A stretch of DNA of 64,000 nt, from positions 29,022,144-29,086,143 of the forward strand of contig JAUZTB010000127.1 of assembly GCA_034780895.1 (NCBI GenBank), written 5' to 3'. Position 1 is the first letter of the stretch. Each line of letters opens with the position of its first letter. The DNA comes from Rhynchobatus australiae (taxonomy: Eukaryota). Positions 13,265 to 25,865 of this stretch are shown here, piece by piece. Below the pieces are notes generated by a model. That model saw only the letters and a list, made by a program, of their open reading frames with translations. It ran no database searches and was not told the origin of the DNA. The translations under genes were made by a program, and so were the position numbers.

Positions 13265-15409
13265 CCAAGAGCGCCAGGATTTAAGTTCAGGAGCCACTTT
13301 CACAGCCCTGACACAACCTATAGTGAGCCCACTACCCAGGAGGATTCCAGCGACCCTCTCAGAGGCAAGGAGAATGTGGCTTATCTCAAAACACAGGGAT
13401 TTGGATGTCTTCTACGCCAGTGGAGATCAACAGCCTGGAGATTCCATCTAGATATTAATTCCCTAGTATTGGGTGTAGGGGTGGGAGGATTATCTAGGTC
13501 ACAATGCAATCTTTGCCATGCAATCTTTGGCCTATCTTCCTGAGCACTTTACCTTCCTCTCCCTATTTAATGGAGGCTTGGTTACAGGTTGCAATCCCAT
13601 ATTTATGTTTCAAACTGCAATGAAAATCAAAGTTCTCACATCAGTTGATTTAAATGTTAAATGGCAACTTACCTATTAATAATAAAACTGCCTTATTGTA
13701 ATTCAGTCCCACTTGATATGGTATGTGTATCCATGTCCATAATAAGCCCCAGCATTTCCAATAATAGTGTGGCCAATGAGAAATAATGCAAGTACAATAA
13801 AACATTTGTGGTGTGATTGCAAAAGCTAGACTCAAATCTTTGCACAAGTATCATATTTAATTCCCAAAACATTTCTCAGTTACATCATTTCTGTTGACCC
13901 ATCAGACTTTTTTTTTCATTTACATTCCTACTTACTGGGTTCAGCTCTGACCGAGTCATTTCATCTTCCTCTCCAGTATAAGATGGTACACTTTGATCCA
14001 CACCTTTGCTTTAATGTTTCCATCCTTGTGACTCACTGCCTTCTCCAAATTTGTTTTATTTTCCCATCCTCATCTCAAACCACCATCATGAGTATAGACT
14101 TCAGAAGGATTAGATACTTTACAAACGCTTTGGTTATTCCTTGCTATGTTCTTGGTCCTCATCATCTCTCCTCACCAAGAGAAATGATTCCGTTAAGCGG
14201 AAATAAAGTAGACTTAAAGTACAGCTAACGTGAAATAAATCTCAATATAGGCTTATCCAGCACCCAAACTGTGCACTAAAAAAAATAAACAGTAGCACTA
14301 CAGGTATTAACTAATACTTTAACCTGGGAGGGTTAATTTATGGCCTGGCAGTCCAGTTTCACTCTCTAAGAACCTTTTCCTCTGTAAGTATAGAACTAAA
14401 TGATATTCCAACTATGTGAGAACAATTAATCAATTGCACCCAATTGATGAAGGCGTGCATAAAATTAAATAAATAAATGGCCCTGCCAGCAAGCATCAAT
14501 TGATTTATCAAGCCTCGCCAATTTAACAACTCTCCTGGCTGTGCAGTTCCTCTCATCAGTGAAAGCAAATCACAATTAAATAACTTTGTCCTGTTTCATG
14601 CTGCATATATTTTTTAATTTCCACATCCCCATTTAAGCCCCAGTTTTTAGGCTGTTTACTTTAAAAAATGTTGCTCATTCTCATCTCCCACTCCACCGCT
14701 GCTACCTCCATCCTCCCCACTTTCCCTTTATTACTCCCCATTCCATCTTCTGCTTCACTTCTAATTCCTATTTCATTTCCTCAATGCATAATGTACCTTA
14801 ATTCCTTCTCCTGTCTCAAAGGCTTTTGGTAAAAAATAAAGGCCCATTTCTCCCATTTTAAAAAAATGAAGGTGCCCATAGCTATAAACCTTTTAATGAA
14901 GGCCATTTTCTCATCAGCCTTTTTCTTTCTCTTCCCCATCCTCCCAGTCCCTTTAACTACCGTCCCCAAGCACCAACCCAAACTATAAACTAAATTCTAC
15001 AAACTGCAGCTCCTCAACACTCCAATTTCCCCAAATACTTATCAACATCCTGACCTTGTCAACCTCCTATTTCATCCTTTTCCCAACAACTATCCTCATT
15101 ACTTTTCTTCCCAACATTCATGACCTCCACAACTGCAACCTATTTTACTTCTTCTAATTACTCCAACACTACTTGCAAATCCTTGTAAACCATATCACTT
15201 AATTTTCCTTGGGACAAGCCTCTATATAAAGGTAGAACAACAGAGGGATTGCATCATCAACTTGAAATGTTAACTCTGCCGATCTGCAGAATCTCTTGTG
15301 TCTCCATATTAACTCTTCTTTTTCTTTCCATGGATCCTGTTTGAGTGTTATCAGCTTTTCTATTTTCATTCCATATAAGAGGGATTGAGGCTACAAGTGA
15401 GCACGTCAC

Positions 15410-15990
15410 CAGATGACCTATATCAAACTGTGGGAACAGAACTGAGAAGCACAAGTTATGTTGACCATGTGTTGAAAGCTGGTGGACCACACTTTCTGCG
15501 TTCTGTGCACTTTCCATATTATAAAAAGGTTAGCAGGAGACACTGGAGAAGCTGCAAAAAAATTTACTTGAATGATACAATAACAGAGAGGCACACTTGT
15601 CTGGAAAGAATGAAGAAGTTGCAGCTTTTTCTTTAGAAAAGGAGAAAATTGAGGGATGACCTGACAGGGATCTTCCAGATTATGAAAGGGATAGTGAAAG
15701 AACAGATGCACAGGAGAGACCAGAACTTGGGATTATTAATATAAGATCGTCACAAATAATTCCAAAATGGAATTCTAAAAGCACCTTTATATCCAGAGGG
15801 TAGATGGAAAATGTAACTTGTTATGTCAGGGAAAAATTGGGTCATTGTCAATTGTTGCACTCAAACTGAGCTGGTTAAGCATATAAGCAAGAAGCAAAAG
15901 GAAGGAAACAGTGACAGGATTTGAAACAGAGAAGTGAGTGCCTCATGCAGAGTATGAGCACTGCCCTGGGCCTGTTGGGTTGAATGATCT
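15410..15990 (+). mobile_element. Old CR1 LINE fragment
   Basis: ctggtggaccacac..ttctgtgcac..ctttagaaaaggagaaaattgagggatgacctga..; degenerate CR1 ORF2 end and tail. Confidence 0.65.
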
Positions 15991-16009
15991 CTTATATATT
16001 TCCCTGAAT

Positions 16010-16320
16010 AATACTGCCCAGGAAAAGGTCACTTAGTCTATTGTGCCCCTGTGAGCTCTCAGAAAGAGCTTTCTGATTAGTCCCCGTTGCTACACTTTTC
16101 TCATGGCTAATGTATTTTTTCTTCAAATATTTATCCAATATCTCTTTAAAAGTTTCCACTGAATCTGCTTTCACTATCCTGCTGAGCTGTGCATTTGAGA
16201 TCACAGTTCTCAGCATTAAAGGAAAGATCTCCAGCTTGCATCTAGTTCTTTTGACAAATCTGTGTGTTTTGGTTATCAGTGCTTCTGTCATTAGAAACAG
16301 TGTCTCCTCATTCTATAATT
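16010..16320 (-). mobile_element. Old CR1 LINE 3' fragment
   Basis: Minus translation IVKADSVETFKEILDKYL matches the CR1 ORF2 terminus. Confidence 0.65.
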
Positions 16321-16663
16321 GATCTACATCCACAAACCACAGTAACCAGTTCTTTAGTATGACATTTCTATTCAACACATCACTCACCCCTTATGATTCT
16401 AATGAGTTTTAGCCAACTCAGTACTGAACCAAATTATTGCATGTTTTTTCGCTACGGATTACTGCCGAGTTGGAATTGGCTTGAGATCAAACAAAACTAT
16501 TTAATAAAGGACTACAGCCGGCAAATAGGGAAGATTTATAAACTAGCAAGCTGGGCTTCATTTAAATCCCGATCCCAAAGGTATAAATGATGCAATGGGT
16601 TAGATTGCTGGCTCCCCCAATAATCCATTCACCCACCCCCACCCCAACCCCATCATAGGATCT

Positions 16664-16689
16664 GAATTTTTATCTGCAGATAAAAATTC
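16664..16689. repeat. Perfect 26-bp palindrome
   Basis: gaatttttatctg|cagataaaaattc is self reverse-complementary. Confidence 0.95.
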
Positions 16690-17664
16690 CCTTTAAGTTC
16701 AATTATCTTGCATATTCTTTTTCGTACACTTTGGTTAAGTTCATGTGCTCAGCACATGTTGATGATGTGTGCAGTACGGCAATGTTCAATTATGGTAAGG
16801 AAAATGTCAAGATGCTCATGTTATTTGGAAAAGAAGCCTGGATAGATGACATCCGTCACGTTATCACTTCCCTTGATAAACTTGCCAATTGAAAGGGATG
16901 GTACATGCCCTTCAAGTCATCACAAAAGAACATCATTTAAAATTTGCGTCAATCGAGCCACAGAACCGTTTGAATAGAAAAATTAAGCACTGATGACTGC
17001 AGTGATCACATGACTAAAACATCCCAGGCTTATGAATCTAAAAGCTGACTGGAGATCTGTTCTCACAGGAAGACTGAAAGTGCTTACATGTTTTTTACTG
17101 TTTAATTTCATAAGGAGGACCAACAAAATTCAACGTAGCAGTTACCTGGTGTGGAACTGAATCATAAGTTAACAATTTGTAGCGGGTTTTGATTGGGTAC
17201 AACTTTTCACCCCAAGCATTTCGCAGTAGCATTATCAGACAAAAACTGACACCGAGCCAAAGGAGACTTCAGAGCAGACTAGATCAAAGTGGTAGGTTTT
17301 AAGGAATGCCTTAATGGGGAAGAGAAAGTTGTGGAGGTTTTGGAAGATAATTTCTCAGCTTCAGACTTGACCTCTGAAAGCGTAGCTGCCAATGGCAGGG
17401 CAAGAGGCCAGCATAAGGAACTTGGAGGTAAAGATCAAACATCATTAATTCAAATGCAATAGGCAACATTTTGATAGTGATTTGTAAAATTTTACCTCAA
17501 ATCTTAAATGGAAGAACATTCGCAAGAATCAAATCCATCTTGTGAAAACTACACCCCAGTTGGCAACCCAATTTGTGTGTATCACCCATGTTTATTTGGT
17601 TGCTCTCTGACCCATAGGGTTGCCACCTCCTCTCTTAGGTCAAGGTCTGATCTGTGTTCTGGCC

Positions 17665-17990
17665 AGTGTTTATTCCTGGCCATGGATACAACCCCTAACA
17701 TCAGGACATGGATCCAACGTGCCCAGTTTCTCTCCTGGTATTCTAAATCCAGAGGCTCCTGATCTCACATCCCGATTCCCCAGTCCCTGGACATGGATCC
17801 AAAGTCTCAGGCTCCTGACCACAAATCCCTACTCCCCTTAGCTACTGGGCATGGATCCTAACTGCCCAGTCCTCCAGTCCCAGGATATGGATCTCAGCTC
17901 CCCAACTCCTGGACATAGATCCCAACTCCCCCATCCCCCTGTCCTCAGATATGGATCCCAACTCCCCTTGGCTCCTGTACATGGATCTCA
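17665..17990 (+). repeat. Degenerate minisatellite, unit of roughly 30 bp
   Basis: Recurring cctggacatggatcccaactccc(c)cagt variants. Confidence 0.75.
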
Positions 17991-18894
17991 AAGATACTAC
18001 TTTGTCATCCTTGCTGAGTCACATCTGAAAGAACGCCCAACAGTTATTGACAGGAGACTGAATAACGCAATGGCTTAGGAACTCCTGCATAACATTGTAT
18101 TGACAGGTAATAGTAATGATTGATGATGTTAACAAGCCAAACTGTACTTTCACACAGTCAATCTTTTTCATCAGCTCTGACTTTCAGCTTTCTGCTTTTG
18201 AGCGAGCAGTACATTTCACTCAATCTATACTAGAACCCAGGAGAAATAACTACATGGTATCATTAGTCCCATCAATCCATCAATAATGTAAGCATTTAAA
18301 TCTATAATAAGCCTAGAAGAAAGCTCTGCAGTAAGAGGAATTGAATCATAAATTATAATATTGGTTTCTCAATATTGTATTTCAACCAAAAAGAGGTTTA
18401 TCTTTTGTACGTCTCCTCCAACTCAACATTAACTGTAAAACTCCACTCTCTTTCTGCTGTGTGTTCCATTTCTTCACTTTTATTTCAAAAAGTCAATATG
18501 AGTTACTGTTCTTAATCTAACATTACTTAACACAAATGATCTGATTTTTCTGAACATTAAATTGCCATTTAACATTAATTTCCTTGCTCAGTATTTAAAT
18601 TATTGCACAATTTCACTTTTATCAGCAAAAAGGGTTACTGAATTATCAGCAACTGAAGGATCAGTTTATCTGTTACCGTGATGTCTAATAAAAAGTTTAC
18701 GAAAAAAAAGTACAAAATCCACATTAGCTCAAATGAATAAACCTTGTCTCATTGAAAGTGAGAAATCTCAAGTCTCATCAACCATCCGGGTGACTAATAT
18801 TGTTACTTGCATAAGGCTCAAGACCTGGTGTTCTGAACATGACAACATCCCATCGAAAAAAGCAGCTATCATTTATGTACAGAAGCACTTGAGT

Positions 18895-18990
18895 ACCGGA
18901 TAGGTCATTGATCCAAAACATTCACTTTGTTTCTCTCTCCACAAATGCTGCCTGATCTGCCGATGATTTCCCATCAATTTTATTTCAGAT
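18895..18990 (+). mobile_element. Penelope-like 3' terminal fragment
   Basis: ggtcattgatccaaaacattcactttgtttctctctccacaaatgctgcctgatctgc..tttatttcaga. Confidence 0.7.
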
Positions 18991-19791
18991 CATGTCTCCA
19001 GTTCAAATGGAAGTGACTAAATTTAGCTAAATATGAAAGTATGAATAGAGCAAAGTGAACAAGCATTTGAAGTAGCTTTAGTTGTCATTGTGCCTCTGAA
19101 TGCTTAAAGTTTTGGTAAACTGTTGATACAGACATTTTGTAAGATCCTGGAGCTAATGACCTAGACCATAATACTCCTTTCCTAAGTATCATCTNNNNNN
19201 NNNNNNNNNNNNNNNTGTTGGGTTTATTCGTTTAACATTTGGAACCCTATATATTGTTTGCTAAAAAGAAAGTAATTGCCTAGAATTTCAAACTTACCAA
19301 ATGTTGAATCATTACACCAGAACTGGGTTTGTATGCACCTATGCCCAGCCTTCAATCTTTTATTCTCTTTTCTCTGTCATGTGATGCTAATGCCCAATAG
19401 ATGCTAAAAGCCCTCTCAAAGACAGCAGTTCATCAAGTGTTGGCCAACTGACCATGGAAAATCATCAGAGCCTCATTCAACCCCACGTTCACATCATGTA
19501 ACTACTTGCAAACTCTCAAGCAGCTATCTCCTGCCTGCTTCACGATGCTGAGGCAAAGGCAGTGCCTGCGGACCTCACCAGCTCCAATCAGCAAGCTCAA
19601 GAAAGCTCAGTCTTCACTGTTTAACAGGACCAAACCTCCAAACCATCTGAATTTTTGGCTCATTTAAATTAATCCTTCCTGAATACCAACCTTGGTTGCT
19701 CCTTTAGCTGTTCTTTTAATGTGCAGTTTATAAAAGGATCGTTTTACTGCTGGGGGAATAGACCAGGCGTTATCCTTCCCTGCTCTGTGAC

Positions 19792-19810
19792 TGGCCACTA
19801 GGGGGTGCAC
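19792..19810 (+). promoter_or_regulatory. CTCF-binding motif
   Basis: TGGCCACTAGGGGGTGCAC is a near-perfect match to the vertebrate CTCF core, in apparently unique sequence. Confidence 0.7.
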
Positions 19811-22800
19811 AGATGCACAATGATGACATCCCAATTTTTTTCATCTGTACACAAGGATTCAAACACCTGGCCCCAACTTATAGGCATAAAACCTATACCT
19901 CACACTGACAATGCTCTCACCTCAGAACCTTACAGCCTTTATTCCCATTCTGAAAGTTGTATAAGCTTACACATTTACAGTTGAATTCAAATAATTCATG
20001 TAAACATTTGCATTTTATATCCTGACTCTGATTGCAGAGTGCCTATATATCAGAGACACTAAATATGAAAACACATTTTTAATTCTCTGCACTTCTAAAG
20101 ATGCAATAACATCCTGAGCATCGCACAGCCTGACCAAAGGAAAAAAATCTTTCAGTCAACATCAACTATTTGGTTTGTATCAACATCTAGCTATTAAATA
20201 TTCAGTGTCAGAGATCACATTGCAAATTACACGTTGAAAATCTCTACATTTAATCACACTAGAGCAGTTTATGCTAAACTACATTGATATGAAATGTCAA
20301 TAATTAGAATTTTTGTAGAATCTTTTGACATTTCAAATCCCTGAAAAGTAATTCGTATGAATATTATAGTGCTAAAGCTGTTAAGATGCATTTCTGTCAG
20401 TGCCTGAATGTTTAATTTGTAAGGATGGCTAATATCAAGTTATAACAAATTCAATTATGTCAAAAGTTCACCTCACTACTCTTCAGCCTTCCCAGTCACA
20501 ATTTATCTGCCTGTAGAATTCCAGCTGGACACAAATGGCAAAGAGAGGGAAAAAGGTCACTTATAGGAACCTTTTAAACATTGTACATTTAAACAAGAAA
20601 CACCTTATCTTATGTAAAAATCTATCAAAACAAAAAGAAATAATTTTGGTGGTGACTGAATTTATGTTAAAAGAGGGTTGGTACAGTATATTATAAATGT
20701 TTCCAGGCTATGAATTGCTGAAATTGAGAGTTATTTCCCTCTGATATATTATGCCTAAATATGTTTTTGACAGCATCATTTTATGAAAAAATACCTTACA
20801 TTATAAGGGGCAAAGTTTTACGACACAAGGGCTTTTCTTAAGAAGCCAACAAGAAACCCTTGATACAAATCACCAGTTACTTTTCAAACAAGACTTTCAT
20901 CATCAGATTCTAAGGGAAATAATTCAGTAATTTGCTTTTCACACCATCTCTCTGATTACTTTCCTCAAATGTCCTTAATCCATTACATTTTATATTTCAT
21001 CACATGAACATGAAAGACTGGTGCTCCATAACATATCTTTAATTTAAGAATTTATTGCAGTAACAGTGATGAGGAGTAAAAGAAGGTCATATTCTTTTGC
21101 CTGGAATTTTTGCAATACAAACTTTTACCTCAGTGCATATCATAGAGGTTTTAAGGATAGATTATACTGATCTTTAATATTTCCACAAAGATGATACCAT
21201 TACTTTAAAATATTTTTTAAAAAATTATGTCTGTGAAGATGCTGCTATTATTAGCTGAATAATAGACTAAGAATCCTACATCATGCATATTTTCAACCAT
21301 TGTTTAGACATTGAATTTGGAAACTCCATGCAGGTCACAATTTTGTAATTTTCAGGAAAGATGCGAGTTTTGCCATTTGTGGTGTGGAAATTAAATAGGA
21401 ATATCACTGATCAGAGCACATTTGATAAGTGACTGGTATCAGAGGAACTCAAAAGTAATCATTTTATATAGACATGGAAAGGTTAGGCTGTAATAGAGTG
21501 TAATACCCATACTTTTCCTTTTAAATCAAAGTGCCTGTGATTAGGCAAGACTACTTATTCTCCCAGGCTCACACTAACCCTTTGGGCAATTAATTCTCAT
21601 TGTCACTTTGAGAATATAGTACTGACATTTTGACAGTGGATAATGAGGACAGGTTTCTGCATTTGCCCAAAATAAATGGATTTTATTGGAAACCATATCT
21701 GAATGATCAGTCGCCTTAGAACATCATATAGCATAGATATCTTATTTAGTTTTAATATCTTTAAGTGCAGGGAAAGGATTTCAAAACCAAAACAAATGTA
21801 AACTGTAATACCATGGCTTAAAAAGATCCTTCTTGTGGATACTTTGAAATAATACTTGATATCAAACATGCACATTAAAAACTAGTATGGGGCAAAATAG
21901 TTGTATCTGCTGAAAGCCACTAGACATGCTGAAGTGATGTTGTATTTTCTATCATTTTAATAATATCTAATATATACCAAGCATTCTAGCTCTCAGAATT
22001 AACTGCCACTGTGAACAATCTTGCAGATAACATTCCAAAAAAATGTTCCACAATCCTTAATCCCTTAGCATGTACACCACCATACATATCGCACAAATGA
22101 AGGCCTGTGGCTACCTGCAAGGCCTGCCACCTCATAAACGCAAACTTTCAATGTGAAAATAATAGCCCATAATAACAGCACAATTACTTCAAGACTGTGA
22201 CCCAAGACAATGGTTACAAAACACGTGAGTATTTCTCTGGCTATTCATGACTCTTCTGTACGATTTTATTTTGCAATCCTTCAGAAATATGATATTATTT
22301 TCCACGTTAAAAATGGATTCACAATGTTCTGACCAACCATGGCTGCTGTACATTGAATGATGATCCAAGAACTTGAAAATTCTCCCTAATGCAGTCTAAT
22401 CATTCTTAAACATTTGAATAGCTCCATGGAAGAGCAGATCTTTACTGTAATACCCTCTAAACCAAACGTCCACTATCTCTAATCTCCAAGGCTTGTTATT
22501 GGTACTTTTGCCAATTCTGAAACATCTGTCTAACACAGAAACTAACTTTGCATGACCACAGGCAGAAGGCTGATTGTAAAACAAAAAGGGAAGAGCCAAG
22601 GCATCAGCAGCATTCATAGCTGGTTAGAATATGAATAAAATAACAGAACTGGCATTCAGTGACACAGTTTCCATCTTCACCGAGTTATGGTCCATTGAAT
22701 TTCACTGATGGAGAGCTGGGCATCCCAACTACCACATTCTTATATTGTATCTCAAAAGATTTTTTTCTTATTTATGTGGCTGTGTGATGACTGGATAGAT

Positions 22801-24054
22801 TCATTCTTAAATGTCACATAATACTTATTTTACTTATCATGTGCTTGATATATTTTAAATATTAGCTGAATGAATTCTACTTTTGTACATCATTGTCTAA
22901 GGCTTTGATTGCTAAGGGAGGTTGTTCCATTACGCAGATTTTTAAACGTTATTATTCTCTTGCAAAACCTCTTTTATCCCTTCCTTATTGTTGAGACACA
23001 AATATTCAAGAGCAGCTGCCTCCCATTAACATTTTAGATTTTGTATATTTCAAACAGCATTCTAAATCAAAATGCAATCTCCAATACTGTAACTGAATCA
23101 ACAATTGGAATATAATAGCTATAATTAAGACATTCACCTTGTTAAATCTTATAGATGGGTCACAAACTAATAAATTCTTATTTTGAGAATACAATTGCAA
23201 TGCTGTGCAGGCTGACCCTGAACATTCCTGAAAAGATTGATTTTGTTTGGAGCTACAACGATAGGTCCAATTACTAATGTGTGTATATGCCACTCAGAAT
23301 GTCAATGATTGGGTTGGTCTAGTTGTCTTATTTTTAACTAGAAGAAACAGTAAAGAATTCCATTTAACATAGAATAGATTGCCATTCATATTAATATGAC
23401 TTCTCCAGAATAAGAATCTATCTGCAGCACTACTGCTTGGCAAAATGAATATTTTATATTTCATGAATCCAGAAAGGTTATAGCAGATTAATTTTTTCTG
23501 TGTGTGTGTGTGATTCCTGTTCACATCATAGCAGAACTGTAGTATTAAGTGCATTTTTCCAAAATACATAAAAATGTCACATTTGTGCCTATAACAGACA
23601 AAACTGAAAGTAAGAACTTAATATTCACCAAATTATGTCACAATTTCTATCATTTATGAGTTAAAAATAAATTTAAATACTCCCTCTCAACTTTATCCTG
23701 TATAAGGATTGGCACTGTGACAATGAAGTATGTGTCACATTCTGCAGACAATTTTTATATACTAACACAAACCTCTCCGGAAAAAGCAGGTATATTTTTC
23801 ACATTATTGTATTAATCAATCTGCAGAACACCCAAATGTAATTAAGAATAAATAGGGCTCGTTCAGAGTAATACCATGGCTTGGGAAAATAAATATTTCA
23901 TACTTCATAACTATCGTGGACGATGCTAGATTGATATTGCAGTTCCTGTTACATGAAAACATGTTAAGTTTTGCAAATGTATAATTTTTGGAAGTTTCTG
24001 AGCTTTACTATTCGCCTTTAACCTCAATCGATATCATTGAAAGGGAAGGTCGGT

Positions 24055-24362
24055 GAGTGTGTGAGTGTAGGTGTGAGTATGTGAATATGTGTGTTTGTGG
24101 GTGTGTGGGAGTGCCTGAGTCTATTTGTGTGTGAGTGTGCATGAGTGTGTATTTGTGAGAGTGTGAGCGTGTGTGTATGTGTCTGGATGAGTGTGCGTGT
24201 GAGTGTATGGTGTGTGTGCGTGGAGTCTGCGTGGGTGTACTTGGGGTGGGAGTGTGTGAGAGGGTCTGTATGAGGAGGGATGACTGTGTGTGAGTGTGTA
24301 TATTGTTGGTGTCAGCGTGTGAGTGTGTGGGGGGGTGGCTGAGTCTGTGTTAGTATGGGTGA
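24055..24362. repeat. Imperfect (TG)n-rich simple repeat at the start of intron 1
   Basis: gtgagtgtgtgagtgtaggtgtgagtatgtg.. directly visible. Confidence 0.9.
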
Positions 24363-24397
24363 NNNNNNNNNNNNNNNNNNNNNNNNNNNNNNNNNNN

Positions 24398-24562
24398 GCG
24401 CGGGGGAGACACAGGGATGGGGCTCGGCATGGTGTCGCAGCAGCCCGTCAGACAGTAGACAAAATAGGTGAAGACTATGATCATGGTAAGGAGAAGCGGC
24501 GCCTTCGACTGAGCCTTGAGAGAACCGAGGTGAATACAGGCACTCCAACTACAACATCCCAT
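24398..24562 (-). CDS. HS3ST6: Heparan sulfate glucosamine 3-O-sulfotransferase 6-like, exon 1 (partial; remainder in N gap)
   Basis: MGCCSWSACIHLGSLKAQSKAPLLLTMIIVFTYFVYCLTGCCDTMPSPIPVSPPR gives a short tail, type II signal anchor, Cys pair and Pro-rich stem. It resembles vertebrate HS3ST6 N-termini (human LRASRAPMLLVALVLGAYCLCALPGRCPP, recalled). Locally CpG-rich. The catalytic domain is not visible, so the paralog call rests on 55 aa. Confidence 0.8.
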
Positions 24563-25075
24563 GAGTCGGCTTCCTGCTCTGTAGAACGGGGGGAAACTTT
24601 GGAAACATGCTTTTCAACTGAATAAAAATTAATGCAGAATTAGCAACCAAAAGCCCTTCAAAACTTGCTCTCAGTTTCATCCATGCAACAGCGCTGGGAC
24701 CTTGCAAACTGTCCAAGTTATGAGTTCTTTCCCCAAGCCTCATTTATACTTCGGAGTGGGCTTGGAGAGATTTTGATCCAACGTTCCCCATCTCTGTCTC
24801 GATCTCTCTCTCTCTCTCTCTCTCTCCTCCACGCCGGTTATTTTGCCTCTCAATTTACAACCTGCCTGATTCCAACATGATGAACATTTTAACTCGCTGT
24901 AACTTAAGTGAGCGGTGGATCCTCCCCCCTAGCCTGGCCATTGGGCGATATTCAAATAGCCTTGAAACATATTCAAATCCTTACAAAAAGCGCCCCGGCA
25001 CCTGCTGAACCGAAGAGATGCATCCTCAGCACAGCATATGGAGAATGACAACTGCATAACCAGCAAACACGCGGA
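24563..25075 (-). promoter_or_regulatory. Probable 5'UTR and promoter of the HS3ST6-like gene
   Basis: CpG-enriched relative to flanks; (CT)n tract about 24790-24826; CCAAT on minus strand near 24940-24944; TATTCAAAT twice (about 24949 and 24970). Confidence 0.55.
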
Positions 25076-25494
25076 ATAGATAACATTATATATCTGCATC
25101 TACTTTAAGGAATCGTTTTTCAGTGCTCGACATTCCCATGTTAACGTTGATTTTAAGCTGCGGTTACGTGCCAGGGATTGCTTTAGGAGTGTGTGAAGTT
25201 AGAACTTTCCAAATATTCAACTCTTGTGGGCTCAGTTTCAGTGACACCAACGCTAGTTGTGTGACATAGAATTTACCAGAGCAATGTTTCAGAGTCCCTA
25301 TGTGAACAGGTTTAAAACTGTGGGGAATTTCAGTGTAAACCATTTTGATATAAAATGCGATATTTTTCCCTCTCCCAAACGATTCCACTTATCCCTCTTG
25401 AGTAAAATTCTCACTGGTCTTTTACATTGACTTTTCATTACTTCTCTGGATCACTTAATGCCCCTGGTTTCTCTTCTTGGGTTGCCCCTGAGGG

Positions 25495-25865
25495 ATTGAG
25501 GATGACCTGCTTCCAACTTGTGGCTGCCAAGGCCAGTGCAGGAACTGTAGACTCCTATGCAGGTGGGGCAGGAGGTTCCTGGCAAGGCAGGCAGGCGGCT
25601 AGTTGTGATAGTGTGCAGTCCGCCTGCTCTTCACGCTGGCCTTGTGCGTGGTCCTGTTACAGGGACCTGACGTTGTCAATACCGACCCAAATGCTCCTTC
25701 TCCACTTCGAGTGGTCACGGACCATGGTTTCCCAGGAGTTGGTGGGGATGTTACACCTTTCCACAAAGGCTTTTGAGAAAATTCTCAGATCTTTTTCTGT
25801 CTGCCTGCTAATCTCTTCCAGTTTCAGAGCTTGAATAATATATCTGTTTCAGCGGCCTGGTGTTG
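25495..25865 (-). mobile_element. RTE-like LINE 3' fragment
   Basis: gaggatgacctgcttcc..gccagtgcaggaactgtagactc..cccaggagttggtggggatgttacac; resembles 27350-27700. Confidence 0.55.
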
